From: Minutocellus sp. GHC0000111
Taxonomy: Eukaryota
Length of the DNA: 64,000 nt
Direction: 5' to 3'
NCBI GenBank assembly: GCA_977018835.1
Contig: OZ361256.1
Location: forward strand, 1,798,001 to 1,862,000
Shown: piece after piece, positions 41,701 through 53,203 of the stretch
Position numbering within the stretch: the first letter of the stretch is position 1
How the letters are laid out: every line of letters starts with the position of its first letter
Program-made: the position numbers and the translations under genes
Notes under the pieces: model-generated
Databases searched by the model: none
Seen by the model: the letters and a program-made list of their open reading frames with translations, nothing else
What the model was told of the DNA's origin: nothing

Positions 41701-44700
41701 GCGGTTGGCAAGGCATCGGACTTGTCAAGCAAATGATCAAAACTGAGGACATTGCCAAAGATCGAGTCCAGACATTTACCCACTGCTGCCGTCAGCTTCT
41801 TGTCCTTGGACAGACCAGTCAATTGCAGCAGCATTGGACGGAGGTTGGGAAACAACTTCTCACCCACGCCTTCGGCGAGCATACTGATCGCTGCCATGGC
41901 CTTGGAGTTCACAGCGAAGTGAGTGTGCTCCAGTAACTTGCGGAGATCACGGATGAGGTCGGTATAACTGACAGTAGAGGAGGGCTGGACAAGCTTGTAC
42001 GGTTGTTCACCACCGCACTGAATGAGAATGTCCAGAGCCCCGGTCTTTTCCGACCACTTGGCTTCCTTGAGCTTGGAGGCGTACTCAGTCTTTGGAAGAA
42101 GTTCGAAGATATTGACTGCCTTCCTCGACGCAAGCTTCTTGGCCGCCGCTTCTTTGGCACCTGCCTCTAGTGCTGCAAGAACATCACCCGGCGAATCTGC
42201 TTGATCTCCTCGAGTATCCCCATATCGAAGACCGACTTGTGGCGGCGTAGATTCTGGCTGCTTCTCGAGGAGACCATCCAGCTGCGACATTTGTGCTGGT
42301 TTGAGGGTGTCCATAACACTCTGGAGTGGCTCCTTGGATCCTAGAGCGCGGCATATTTCGGCAATAATGTTCATACCGGCCTCTCGAACCTTGGCGTTGG
42401 AGTGGCCGAGTATTTTAGGAGCACTGGAAGCAACACTTGCGACGGGGAGAGCCCCAGCTCCAAAGGACTTGGCGGCATCGAGGACGAGATTGACTGAGTT
42501 CAGGACAACCTTGGGCTTTCGAGATGCAAGGCCCTGTTGAAGTAGAACCTCCACGACGGAATGAACGGACAAGAGTCCGCCTTCTCCAACCTCCATCAGC
42601 TTCAATGGAAGCGCTTGGGAAAGCTTTGTAGTCGTTGGGCGAGATGCTGACAAACCAGAACCCTTGTAGAGACTTGTAACGATGCCAGAGGCTCGAGAGG
42701 ACGACGTTGCGCCCCTGCAGTAGTCGGCGTAGAGGGTGGCAAACTTGAGAGCCGCATCGAGAGCTGCGGCATTGCTGTCCTTCACCATGGCAGGGATGGC
42801 TTCATCGAGAGATGGCATAATGGTATTCGCATCAACATTGTTGGACGGGGCCTTGCTGCCCCCTTCACTTGCACCGGCAAAATCATGCAAAATAGATGAT
42901 AACAATTCGTAGGATGCTTTTCTGACTTTCCAATCCTTTGAGGCCAGCGACTCCTGCAAAGTTTCGCGGGCGACGAGCGGTGCATCAGCATCAGCGTCAG
43001 CCCGTGACGTTTCGGGTGGCGATGGTGCTGCAGATACAGAAGGTGGTTGCGAGGCTTCCATCGAGACCGGGGGTGCAGCTGTGATAGGAGGAGAAATTTT
43101 CGTCTTCGTTTCGACATCGATTGCACTTGACGTATCTTCGCGGCCCTTGGAGTCAACATCATCATCCTCGCCAAAGCGATTGCCACCAGACGATTTACTC
43201 GATACGCCCCGGAGGAGGGCCAACAACTCTGCATCCTCCGCTGCTCCACCCCTTTCGCCAGAAAATGTCGAGGACGTTTTGAAGCCACCAACATCTTCAT
43301 CACTGACCGATTTGTTTGTGGGTTTCCTCTCTGCCACAGACAAAGAGATATCAGGAGAAGCCGAAACGGCACTATCGCTAGTATCCTCTGCCTTCTTTTC
43401 TCCGGTTGCCTTCTTCCTCTTCCATGGTGGGAGTTCAGCCTCGGTCACATTGGGATTTGAGCTCGCTTCTTCTTACTTGGCATACTCTTCTCGCGTTTCC
43501 AGGGCGGTAAAGACGATGCAGCCTTGTCGGTACCTTCAGCTGCGTCTGATTCGAGCTGCTCCTCGGCGTCGGCTTCACCTGCAAAGCGATCGTTGCTATT
43601 AGATTTGGATGACACTCCTCGTAGCAAAGCCAAGAGCTCCTCGTCTTGCGCTGCTCCTCCTCGTTCTCCAGTAAACGTAGAAGAAGTTTTGAATCCTCCA
43701 ATATCCTCATCGTAAATATTTGCGGATTCACTTGATTCCAATGAATTGCTTTGATCCTCGACTTTCTTGTCAGAGGAAGAAATTGGCGGACCGGAAACGA
43801 CAATATCCACCTCGGAACTTGCAATATCATCGTTTTTCTTCGTTGCTGCCGAATCTGACTTTCTCTTCCACGGTGGTACATCTGTAGACTTTGTTGATTG
43901 CTTACTGCTGCCTCTTTGCGCCTTCTTTCCTCGTTTCCATGGAGGGAGGGCCGTCGGCTCTTTGTTGGACACAGCATCGGTATTGCCATCGGCGTTAGTC
44001 ACATCTGCACTCACCGGTGAGGAGTCCTGCTCATCTCCGCCAGAAAACCGATCGTTGCTCGTCGACTTTGATGAAACTCCCCGCAACAGTGCCAAAAGTT
44101 CTGCATCCTCCGCGGCACCGCCGCGCTCACCCGTGAACGTTTGCGTGTTATTGAAGCCACCCTCATCTTGATCTCCGTCGGTGGTGGTGGGCTTTGGAGA
44201 AGATACTGACTCGGAGGTGGGTGCAGGGGCCTCACCACTGCTTGCGATTGTTGTATCTTTGGCAGAATCAGAGTTGGAAACGGCATCAGCAGGAGGGGGA
44301 GAAGAACCGGCAACCGATATTTCTACATCAAACGCATCCCCAGAGTCACCTTTCGTTGTCGTCGCAGCGGTAGCTCCGGCCTTCCGTTTCCAAGGAGGAA
44401 GTTCGCCGGTCTTGGATCGACTCTTGGCGCCACCAGCACTCTTGGATGACGATGCCTTCTTTCCTCGTCTCCAGGGCGGAACGGAGGATTCCGCATCCGC
44501 ACCCGCTTTCTCAACACCGGCAGCAGCTGCTTGATGTGCACGTGACGAGGTCGAAGCTTCCTTGTTGGCCTTGTCATCGACCGCAGTACTAGAAGGAACG
44601 GTGGTATCTCCGCCACTACTGCCAGCACCCCCATCGTTTCCGTCATCTCCTCCCGCAAACCGATCGTTGCTGCTCGACTTGGACGATACCCCTCGGAGCA

Positions 44701-45736
44701 ACGCCAGAAGCTCGGCATCCTCGGCGGCCCCGCCCCGCTCCCCCGAAAAGGTCTGCGTCGTCTTTAACCCACCCTCCTCTTTTTCTTCTTTGCCACCCTC
44801 GTTGGCATCAGCGCCGGCGCCGGCGGCAGAGGCAGCAATGGCAGTAAAAGTATCCTCATCCTCCTCCTTCTGCTTCTCATTACTGGTATCATTACCGCTC
44901 GATTTGCTCGATACAGCCTTGAGTTCGGCGAGCAATTCCTCGTCGTGCGCGTCGCCGCTGCGAATCTCGTCCTTGTCCTTGTCGCCGCCAATGCCATCAA
45001 CATCCTTGCTGTCAGATGCAACACTCGCACCGCCAGTATTGGTATTGGTCGCCGCATTGGGAAGGAAGGCATCCTCGTCGAATGGATCATTATCGTCGTC
45101 ACCACCACCATTACCACCACCACTGACATTGCCGGTACCAGCCCTGCCAGCAGCATCGTTAGTGACTTCTCTACCGGCGTCGTTGTCATCATCATCGCCA
45201 GCCCCACCGAAGCGACTTTGCGTGCTCTTGCTGGACACCCCGCGGAGGAGGGCCAGCAATTCCTCGTCGTGGGCGTCGCCGCCCCGCTCCCCGGTGAAGG
45301 TGCTGGATGTGCCCTTGGTGGCAGTGCCGGTCGCACCATCGGCTGCTGTAGCATCATTGCCATTTGCAGAAGCATCAGCAGATTCATTTTTGCTTGTGGC
45401 ACCGATATCAGCAGGCGATGCCTTCTCTGATGCATCGGCATGGTGGTGCGACTCCACGGCATCGACAAAGGGATCGTCGTCACTGCTGCTGCTACTACCA
45501 GCGGCAGGGCTGGAGGGACTCACAGCAGCACCGTTCGCACCAGTACCATCAGCACTACTAACGACAGGCGCATCATCATCATCGGCAGCACCACCTTGAG
45601 GAGCTGCTGCAGCGTCTGCATTATTATTAGCACCACCCTCCTCCTCATTACTCGTGGCAGCGCCAAAGCGCGAATCCGACCGGGCCGACGAGATGGCCCT
45701 CAGCTCGGCCAGGAGGGCCGCCTCCTCCTCGTCCAT
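35744..45736 (-). CDS. CKAP5: XMAP215/ch-TOG/Dis1 family microtubule polymerase with a long repetitive N-terminal extension; introns 41029-40871 and 37298-37143; several apparent indels and one stop in this assembly
   Basis: TOG-domain HEAT-A Trp motifs LASKDWKVRK, LKEAKWSEK, SSDWKKRK, KTAWKLRK, RENWPEY; also DSNAAALD, FKDVNFNV, RLSDSQSNL, EAAVLLPILLEK. Confidence 0.85.
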
Positions 45737-47041
45737 TCTAGAAAATTTGCCAACAGTTGCGCTCTTATTGACTTTGCTCAGTCGGTTCAAGTCGGTTCAA
45801 GTTCAATCAATTCAATCCAAATGCTGCGCGGGAGCATGCGTTTGTGCCAATGCCCAGCTCGATAAGAAGATACGATACGAGAGGCCGATCGATCGACTGC
45901 TCCGGCGCACTTGCTCGGCAGTCAGAAAGAGGACGAATAACACAGCAAGCACCCGCCTGGTCTCGGCAGATGCGCAGTAGGTAGGTTGGTCGGAGCCTCT
46001 GCCAAGCAATGCAAATGCGTTTGGTCGTTGTCTCCCTTGGGCCCTTGGGGCAAACAGTCAAATGAGCGGCGAGCTGCCGTCAGAATACGGGGGATATCAC
46101 GGCACCAAAAATGTGGGGAAATATCGGGGAATTTTTTGCATCAAAGCAAGTTGAAGAAACTGACGGGGAGGAATCCTAAGTACAGCAAAAAGGCCTGATG
46201 CAGAGCGACGTCATACACAAGGGAGACAACGAAACCCAACGAAGAAGCCACGTCAGAGCGACATCTGCAAGAGTGTCTCGTCTGAATTTGCAATTTCTCG
46301 CTCACGACGTTGCGACTTTTTCAGCAGCAGCAGCAGCTGCTGCTGCGCCGCGCGCCGCCGCCGCGCCGCCACGCATGCGGAATGCAATGGAAAACGAATG
46401 TATGGAATCGATCCTTCTCGAAGTCAAGTCCCCGCCCGCCCGCCTTCTTTCCAAGAGCAAGGCGGAAATTGATCGATTTCTTTGCAATTGCTTTGGAGCC
46501 TATCGTATCTCACGCTCAACAATCAACCACAAACTACTTGTATTGTCGGATCAGTTCGGACGTCGCGCCGCGCGGGAAAAGTCAAATGCGCACACAAAAA
46601 AATCAAGACGCACAAAATCCTCCGGCACTTCAACTCACACGATGGATCGCTCGTGCTCGGATCTCTTATGGCACATCCGGCCAATTCCATCGGAGGATAT
46701 GTGTTGGATCATGCGCATTTGTTGGCCGTTCACCGTATCTTTTTTGCCTCAAGGAGCGGCTCCGGGCTGATCTCCTACGTACTTTTACGGCCTAATCATG
46801 AAAAAAAAAAAGTCATTCAAACAGGATAAGAACCTAACCATGACATTGCTCTAAAATTAGTCGTTTATTGCTACAACTCAATCCTCCTCCTCCTCTTCAT
46901 ATGCGTCGTCTCCGTCCTCGTCCTCGGAAGAATTGTCTGGAGTGACGCAGGTGGTGGTTGACTTTTTCGGCGTTGTCGTCGGTGATAAGGATGTTGAAAT
47001 GACAATGTCATCAATTGCCTCCTCTTCAACATCCTCCTCGT

Positions 47042-47731
47042 TCAACTCGTACAGTTCCGAGGGATCGTGTCCCTCGTCGAGCCAGTCGTATTAATCTCTG
47101 CGAAAGCCGGAGATGTCCCGCTTCGAGTAGAACAGCATCCGCTTGTCCTCCCGGGGGGTCCGGGGACGGTACCGGACGTCGGCGACGGGATCCCGGGCAA
47201 AGGTGACGTGCTTGCTCCCGTGGTCGCGGCCGGGGTGGCGGCGGCATCTCTTGGCGGGACGGTCGTGCTCGTAGTGGTAGTCTCGTCAAAGTCTGTGCAG
47301 GATGTAGGCGAGATGGGCCGTCGCTTCTTCTTGTTGTTCTTGTTCTTGATGTTGCCCTTCTTCATAAGGTCATTCATGTCTCCGGAGGCGGAGGCGTCGC
47401 ACAAAATGTCGTCTGCTTCGTCTTCGCTGTCCGAGTCGTCGGACGAGTAGTAGTATCCGTCGCTGTAGTCACTACCGATGCTAAGGTATGACGATGAGCT
47501 TGGGATGGTGGTGCTCGACCACATCCTTGGCCGGGGACGGTGAAAGGTTCCGGCAGTAGTAGCAGCAGTCTTGGTCGGTGATGTTGATGTTGAGGTCCTC
47601 GTGCTACTTTCTTCGTCGTCCGCCGCTCGATGCGGCGGCGGGGCAGCAGAGGCCATCATGCTGACGACGCGTGAGCGGAACAGCGGTCGGGTGGCCCCGT
47701 CCCGGCGGTAGTTGGAGTGGAGAGGAAACAT
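47042..47731 (-). CDS. Hypothetical low-complexity (S/T/D-rich) protein
   Basis: 229-aa ORF; no recognisable domain. Confidence 0.35.
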   Translation of the reverse strand: MFPLHSNYRRDGATRPLFRSRVVSMMASAAPPPHRAADDEESSTRTSTSTSPTKTAATTAGTFHRPRPRMWSSTTIPSSSSYLSIGSDYSDGYYYSSDDSDSEDEADDILCDASASGDMNDLMKKGNIKNKNNKKKRRPISPTSCTDFDETTTTSTTVPPRDAAATPAATTGASTSPLPGIPSPTSGTVPGPPGRTSGCCSTRSGTSPAFAEINTTGSTRDTIPRNCTS

Positions 47732-48130
47732 GGTGGGGGTGATATATCAATGGAAGAAGAATGCGCGTTCGGAATCGTTCGTGGAAATGTGAGTTGCTGC
47801 TTCTCTTCCTCGCCTTTCGGTTTTTTTATGGCGAGAGTGATCGGTGCATTTGAGTGAGTGTTGCTGGATAGATATATTGAACATATCGCGATCGTAATTG
47901 GAAAACCAGAAAATTATATCATCAACATTTTTACTGATAGAAACAAACACGTCAAGGAAATCAATGGACATTTCATTCATCTACGTACATTTCAACAGAG
48001 CTAAGAATTAAGTGGCACAACTTGGCCCGGAAAAGCTCGGAATTTTTCACCGGGGTATCACGACCACACAATGGGGATCTGACACAACTGATGTCGACCA
48101 CATCATCGCCGCGACTGACTCGACTGTGAT

Positions 48131-49759
48131 GTGGCCCATGAAAAGCAAGCAAGGTCAAGATTGCCCCCACCGCAGCAGCTCCATGCTGCTCGCGGGATAT
48201 CGCGCAGCCGTCGCCGGCCTCCTTCTATTAATACCCAACATGTATCTTTGACGACAATCAGCGCCGTGCGACCACCGCCAGCGTCAGCGTCAGCGCCAGC
48301 ACCGACACTTCATGCGTCACTTTCATCACTTTCGTCATCTCGCACTAACGGTATGCGAACGTGCCAACCACATACTAGTAATACATGCGATAGCTTCGTA
48401 AGATACCAGAGCACCAGCGCCGTATCTACAGCTGCCTCATCACAATCCCACTCCGAATCTGTGCTGGCCGATTTCTTCCCGGCGGACGAATACGTCGACG
48501 TGTGGGCTCCTGCATCTTCATCGTCTTCTCCGACCGGTATCTCCCGCCGCACCATCGAACCACTCAACTGTTCCGAACTGGACCGGCCGACGCGCTTCCT
48601 CCTGTCGCTGCTGGACGATTCCATCCACGGCATCCGGCGCGGAAAGGACAAAGCCACGACGGCCCGATGTCACACGCAGCTCGAACGGCTGGCCGACCTG
48701 TCCATCGGCGGGAAGAGGCTTCGGGGCCGTGCTCAAAGGGCCGACGAGATACTGAAGCGGATGGAGAAGATTTTGTTGCTCAATGGTGGTACTGGCAGTG
48801 GTAATACGAATACAGTCACTGATGGTAGTAACCGCGAATCGATCAAATCACTCTACGCCGCCCAGCACAAGTACGAGCTCCCACTGCCCAATCGCAAGAC
48901 ATATCTCATGGTCCTACGGCTGTATGCGCAAACGTCCGGCCCGGCAGCATTGGCCGAACGTGTCGAGGCCATCGTGGCCAACATGGAGGCGGCATCCACC
49001 AAGCTGGGCGACCTATCCCTCCGTCCACAAATGGTGGCGTATAACCAAGTCATTTCGGCGTGGGCGTCCAGCACCGACCCCAACAAGGCCTACCGGGCCG
49101 CCAGGGTGTTGGCCAAATTGAAGGAGATGGGCATGGCCGATGCCTCGTCGTACGGGCACGTCCTACGGGCCTGTGCCACGACCACGGCCTCGTTGGTGGA
49201 CGATACCGGCACCGGCGGCAGTGACGATGGTACTAGTAATGAGCTGCATAGGTCGCAGCAGGCTGCCCTCAAAATTGCCATGGGTTTGTGGAGGGATTTT
49301 GATGGCAAGATGAAACGACGGAACGGCCAAGAAGATGCGCGTGGTACTAGTATTGGAAATGACGATGATGGTAATGACAATGCCGATGTTGATGTCGATT
49401 TCGACACCACCACCCAGGGCGCAGTGGAGGTGAAAGACAATGACGCCGACCTCGTGTCGTCACATTTCTACACCTTCCTCATCCGAACTCTGCAATTTAT
49501 GCCCAAGCCAGCGGAACGAGACGCGGCCGTGTCCAAGGCCTTCAAGGATTGCTGCCAGTACGGCATGGTCAACGCCCACGTTCTGCAGGTCATGTATTCC
49601 GTGGCCTCCGAGGCCACTTGCCAAGATCTGCTGGGTGACCGGTTGGCCTCCCAGGCGGTGACGGCCATGAAGACCGTGTCGGGTGCAGCGATTCTGGCCC
49701 AAAAGGTACCCGATGCCTGGACCAGAAAGGCCGTGGTGGTCAATAGTTGGGGGTGGTAG
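48131..49759 (+). CDS. Pentatricopeptide-repeat (PPR)-like protein, probably organellar
   Basis: PNRKTY..VLRLYA, PQMVAYNQVISAWA, DASSYGHVLRACA; C-terminal F..CC..GMV and P..W.R motifs typical of diatom PPR proteins. Confidence 0.75.
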   Translation: MAHEKQARSRLPPPQQLHAARGISRSRRRPPSINTQHVSLTTISAVRPPPASASAPAPTLHASLSSLSSSRTNGMRTCQPHTSNTCDSFVRYQSTSAVSTAASSQSHSESVLADFFPADEYVDVWAPASSSSSPTGISRRTIEPLNCSELDRPTRFLLSLLDDSIHGIRRGKDKATTARCHTQLERLADLSIGGKRLRGRAQRADEILKRMEKILLLNGGTGSGNTNTVTDGSNRESIKSLYAAQHKYELPLPNRKTYLMVLRLYAQTSGPAALAERVEAIVANMEAASTKLGDLSLRPQMVAYNQVISAWASSTDPNKAYRAARVLAKLKEMGMADASSYGHVLRACATTTASLVDDTGTGGSDDGTSNELHRSQQAALKIAMGLWRDFDGKMKRRNGQEDARGTSIGNDDDGNDNADVDVDFDTTTQGAVEVKDNDADLVSSHFYTFLIRTLQFMPKPAERDAAVSKAFKDCCQYGMVNAHVLQVMYSVASEATCQDLLGDRLASQAVTAMKTVSGAAILAQKVPDAWTRKAVVVNSWGW

Positions 49760-49990
49760 TACTAATTTTAGTTTAGTGAGCATAGATCTAGACGCGGTAA
49801 AGCTATTGTGTCCTCGTACATCCGTAGACCTGATACCAAGTCTAGAAATTTCTGCAGGTCATTCCGTTCGAGCTTTCCTTTTCAGTGGTTGTCTACTACG
49901 GACCCTACATTCCGTACAACATTTTTTCATGAGAGTTCGTTCAGTGCCATCGTCGTGGTATATCAATATCAAATCCACTTCTGTCTACGT

Positions 49991-51463
49991 CTACGAGTGC
50001 AAACTGAGCTCCGCCATCGATCTCACTAGACTGTGGTCTGTAAAGACACCAACCACGGCCTGCCACTGAGACCGCCACGTACTAAACATAGGTTGGTCTC
50101 TCCAAATGCACGCCCTCTCCAGCGGAGAAGCAATGAACCCGGTTCCATATAACGGAGTGGGAAGATTTGGGTCTGCGCCAGCTTCAAGAAGAATTTCCAG
50201 CTTCTTCAAGAGACCACCTCGGAACCAGCCCCTGACAAAGTCATCAAAAATTGAGTCAAGAATAAGCGAAAGAGGAGTGAATCTCATTCCGCTCGCCAGG
50301 GCGAACTCGGCATTTGGGGAAAACTGGGGGTGCGTGACGATTGCTTCAAAATACTTCGTCGAATTAATGACGACACTTCGGTCGTTGTTGTTTTGACAAC
50401 GTTGTTGGCAAACGAGGCACACCAATAGTTCATCACAAATAGAGTCGATATCAACCCGAGAAAGCAGAAATTCGAAAGCTTCGAAATTGTCTCGGTAGAA
50501 GGAACGCTGAAGCAGACTACTGGTAGTAGCACCATAGAGTCGCCTGATCCGCTCTTCCATGTCGGGTCCCACATAGGGCCCAAGCAAGCGAATGAGTGAA
50601 TTGGCACTGGCAGAAATATCCACTTCCTCGACGAAGAACTTCAACACCTTCAACAGACCCAGGTCAATCGCCATTTTGGGGTTGAAAATCGTGAGAAAGG
50701 CATAGGCGTCCCGGGTTGCAATTGCATTCCCGGGCAACAAAGAAGACCAATACCTGTATACATCTTTCCAGTCGGTATTGGCATCCTTGTCGGTATTGGC
50801 GGCCATCCAAGCACGGAGATCAACGGTAGCCTTTTGCTTTCCCCACGTTCGCCACGTAGCCGTCTCGTAATCTTGCACCACCTCTTCCAAGAACCGGTAG
50901 TTCTTCTTGAGGTAATTTCTGCGCAGGAGCTTGGCCTTTTCCAGTCCAAGGGCGACGCAAATGTTACGAAGTGTCAATCCTCGTGGTAAAAAAGATGCCA
51001 CCTCGACAAGCAAAGCCTCGTTGTTGTCGAGCACAGCTAGATGGTACTTCTGGTAGGTTTTGCGCAGGAGCTTGGCCTTTTCCAATCCAAGGGCGACGCA
51101 AATATTGCCAAGCGTCAATCCTCGTGGGACAAAAGATGCTACCTCGAAAGTCAAATCGTTGTCGAGCTCAGCTAAATGGTCGTTCTTCTCGATCATGGTG
51201 GCTCCCGAATCTCCGGGGCTGGAATTCATTTCGCACTTCTTGGCAGTCCCGTCCGCCCCCTGCTTGTCCCCATCGTGCGGGTATGCCGATCGTTTGCCGT
51301 TGCTGCTGGTGTTGTTGCCGCCCTCGTCACTGGCCTTCACCTGCTTGTCGTCATCATCATCATCGCCCACCACCAAAGAATCCTCCTCCTCTTCCTTCTT
51401 CTTCTTCTCCTCCTCCAGCAGATCGGTGTCACCGATGGCTCGCTGATCTTCCTTGCTCGTCAT
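49991..51463 (-). CDS. Hypothetical protein with duplicated F-box-like segment and ankyrin-like C-terminus
   Basis: Two copies of HLA.LDN..L.EVASF.PRGLTL.NICVALGLEKAKLLR; TPL..., LEILLEAGADPNL. Confidence 0.65.
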   Translation of the reverse strand: MTSKEDQRAIGDTDLLEEEKKKKEEEEDSLVVGDDDDDDKQVKASDEGGNNTSSNGKRSAYPHDGDKQGADGTAKKCEMNSSPGDSGATMIEKNDHLAELDNDLTFEVASFVPRGLTLGNICVALGLEKAKLLRKTYQKYHLAVLDNNEALLVEVASFLPRGLTLRNICVALGLEKAKLLRRNYLKKNYRFLEEVVQDYETATWRTWGKQKATVDLRAWMAANTDKDANTDWKDVYRYWSSLLPGNAIATRDAYAFLTIFNPKMAIDLGLLKVLKFFVEEVDISASANSLIRLLGPYVGPDMEERIRRLYGATTSSLLQRSFYRDNFEAFEFLLSRVDIDSICDELLVCLVCQQRCQNNNDRSVVINSTKYFEAIVTHPQFSPNAEFALASGMRFTPLSLILDSIFDDFVRGWFRGGLLKKLEILLEAGADPNLPTPLYGTGFIASPLERACIWRDQPMFSTWRSQWQAVVGVFTDHSLVRSMAELSLHS

Positions 51464-53203
51464 CTTGCTCGTCACTAGAGGAACTAATACGATCCGGAGA
51501 GCTCGACCGATCCTGCCTAGTGTTGTTGAGTTGTTCGTTAGTATGAACAAAGGAAGATGGCGTGAGTTGTGCTGAGAACTGAGAACTGAGAACAAGATGA
51601 TCACGGCGGCGTGTGCAAACGGAGCATTGTTGGTGTTGGATTCGCGACCGGTCCGGGCGCGGAATGAATATATATAAGATCATATCGTCTCCATCCAGCA
51701 TCACCTGTGCCCCAACCCATTCGTTCCTTTATTTTTCCGATCCATCAAATGCTCCCGACGCTTTGCCGAATGGACGACGGCAATCCGCCTACGGAATTGA
51801 ACGCCGACGATCGCCACCTCATACTATGGACTGACGCGGACATACCTTGGACTGGGTTGATTCTGCCTACTTTCGGTGGCTGGACTTCGGCAAGTCAAGG
51901 CATCAGCGACTGATGAGAAATGGACCGAGAATTAGAAAAACTCAAGGTAAAAAGTTCAGCCGCCTTTGCGTTTTCCACTGGCATCTGAGATCTTTCGCGG
52001 CGCTCGCGCTCATCATACAAAACGCCCACAAAATTCTTGGTTCAAACCCCCAAAGGAGTCGATCAGGTGAACTACTGCCTGCTATCCCCTCCACCCCCAA
52101 CCAACCCAACAACAAAAGGTAAGCACTCTGCTGTTGGTTCTCGTGCCGGGATTAGTTTTTCGTTCGACGATTTTCGAGGGAGCAGCAGCGGTGGAGTTGG
52201 AGCCGTTTAGCCTCCAAATGAGCCGAGTTGGCCGGCCTCGTCCATTGGATGAGAGGAGAGTGAATCTGCCGTGATGATCAGCGCCTGCCCCGCCGCCGCC
52301 GCGCCTCCCCGGCACAATGCAGTCACCCTTGCAATCTCCCTGCACCTCCCCGTCTTGGCCGCGCCGATGGCTTTGCCCGTCCGGCGATTCGATTCGACGC
52401 ACGACAAATGTTGGTTTCCCGGCCAACCTCCGGCCGACGAGTTCATGCACGAGCATCCCGGGCACACACCGGCGTCGGGATCGACATCGGCACGATCGTA
52501 CTCTAGCTAGTATGGGAGTGCAAGACGGACATACGGCCTGGTAGGCGCGGCGTCCCTGCCTGCGTCGAATCCTCCTCCTCCTCGGCCATATCGTTGCCTC
52601 GTTGCCGTCCAATCGCAGACCAAATTCTCGGAGTGGAGTGGAAGGGAGGAGAGTAGTGGGCCGAGGAGTGGAAGGCGGGAGGCGAATGGCCGGTGCCTCC
52701 CGTAATCTATACACGCCACTGGGTGGAGAAACGTCAATTCATCCTGCGTCGTGTCTGCTTGGCATGGATGGTGGCTGGCTGGCTGGCTCTGCGGTTGATC
52801 GGATGGTATGTCATTGGATGGCGAGTTTGGACTAGCGATAGCCACGTAGTATTCTTCTTCCTTTCGATATGGGAATTTTGATGGGACTTCGATTTGGCGG
52901 AGAACTTTTCCGAGCTCATATCATCAAAGCGTGCCGTTATTTATTCACGACGTTTGGATCTACGGCAGGACGTCACGTCCCATCGTTCATTTACTCTTGC
53001 TTTACTACTTTCGCACGGCCGCTCCATCCATCCAGCATTGGTTTCCAATGCCTGCTCATATATTATATCACAATTCCATCCGCACTCTAATCTTTTGCCG
53101 ATTGCATACTCTTTGTCCACCGCATACTTTCTTTTTGTCAGAGTGATTATCAATCGCCAACAAGTCCCCCGAGTACTACGTGAGATATTCAAGACTTCCC
53201 AAC

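Noticed and set aside
44562..45599. 345-aa Ser-rich + strand ORF
   Set aside because: Antisense of the repetitive XMAP215 N-terminus.
46198..46829. Overlapping ORFs in all three + frames
   Set aside because: No coding bias or motifs; likely GC-rich intergenic or promoter DNA.
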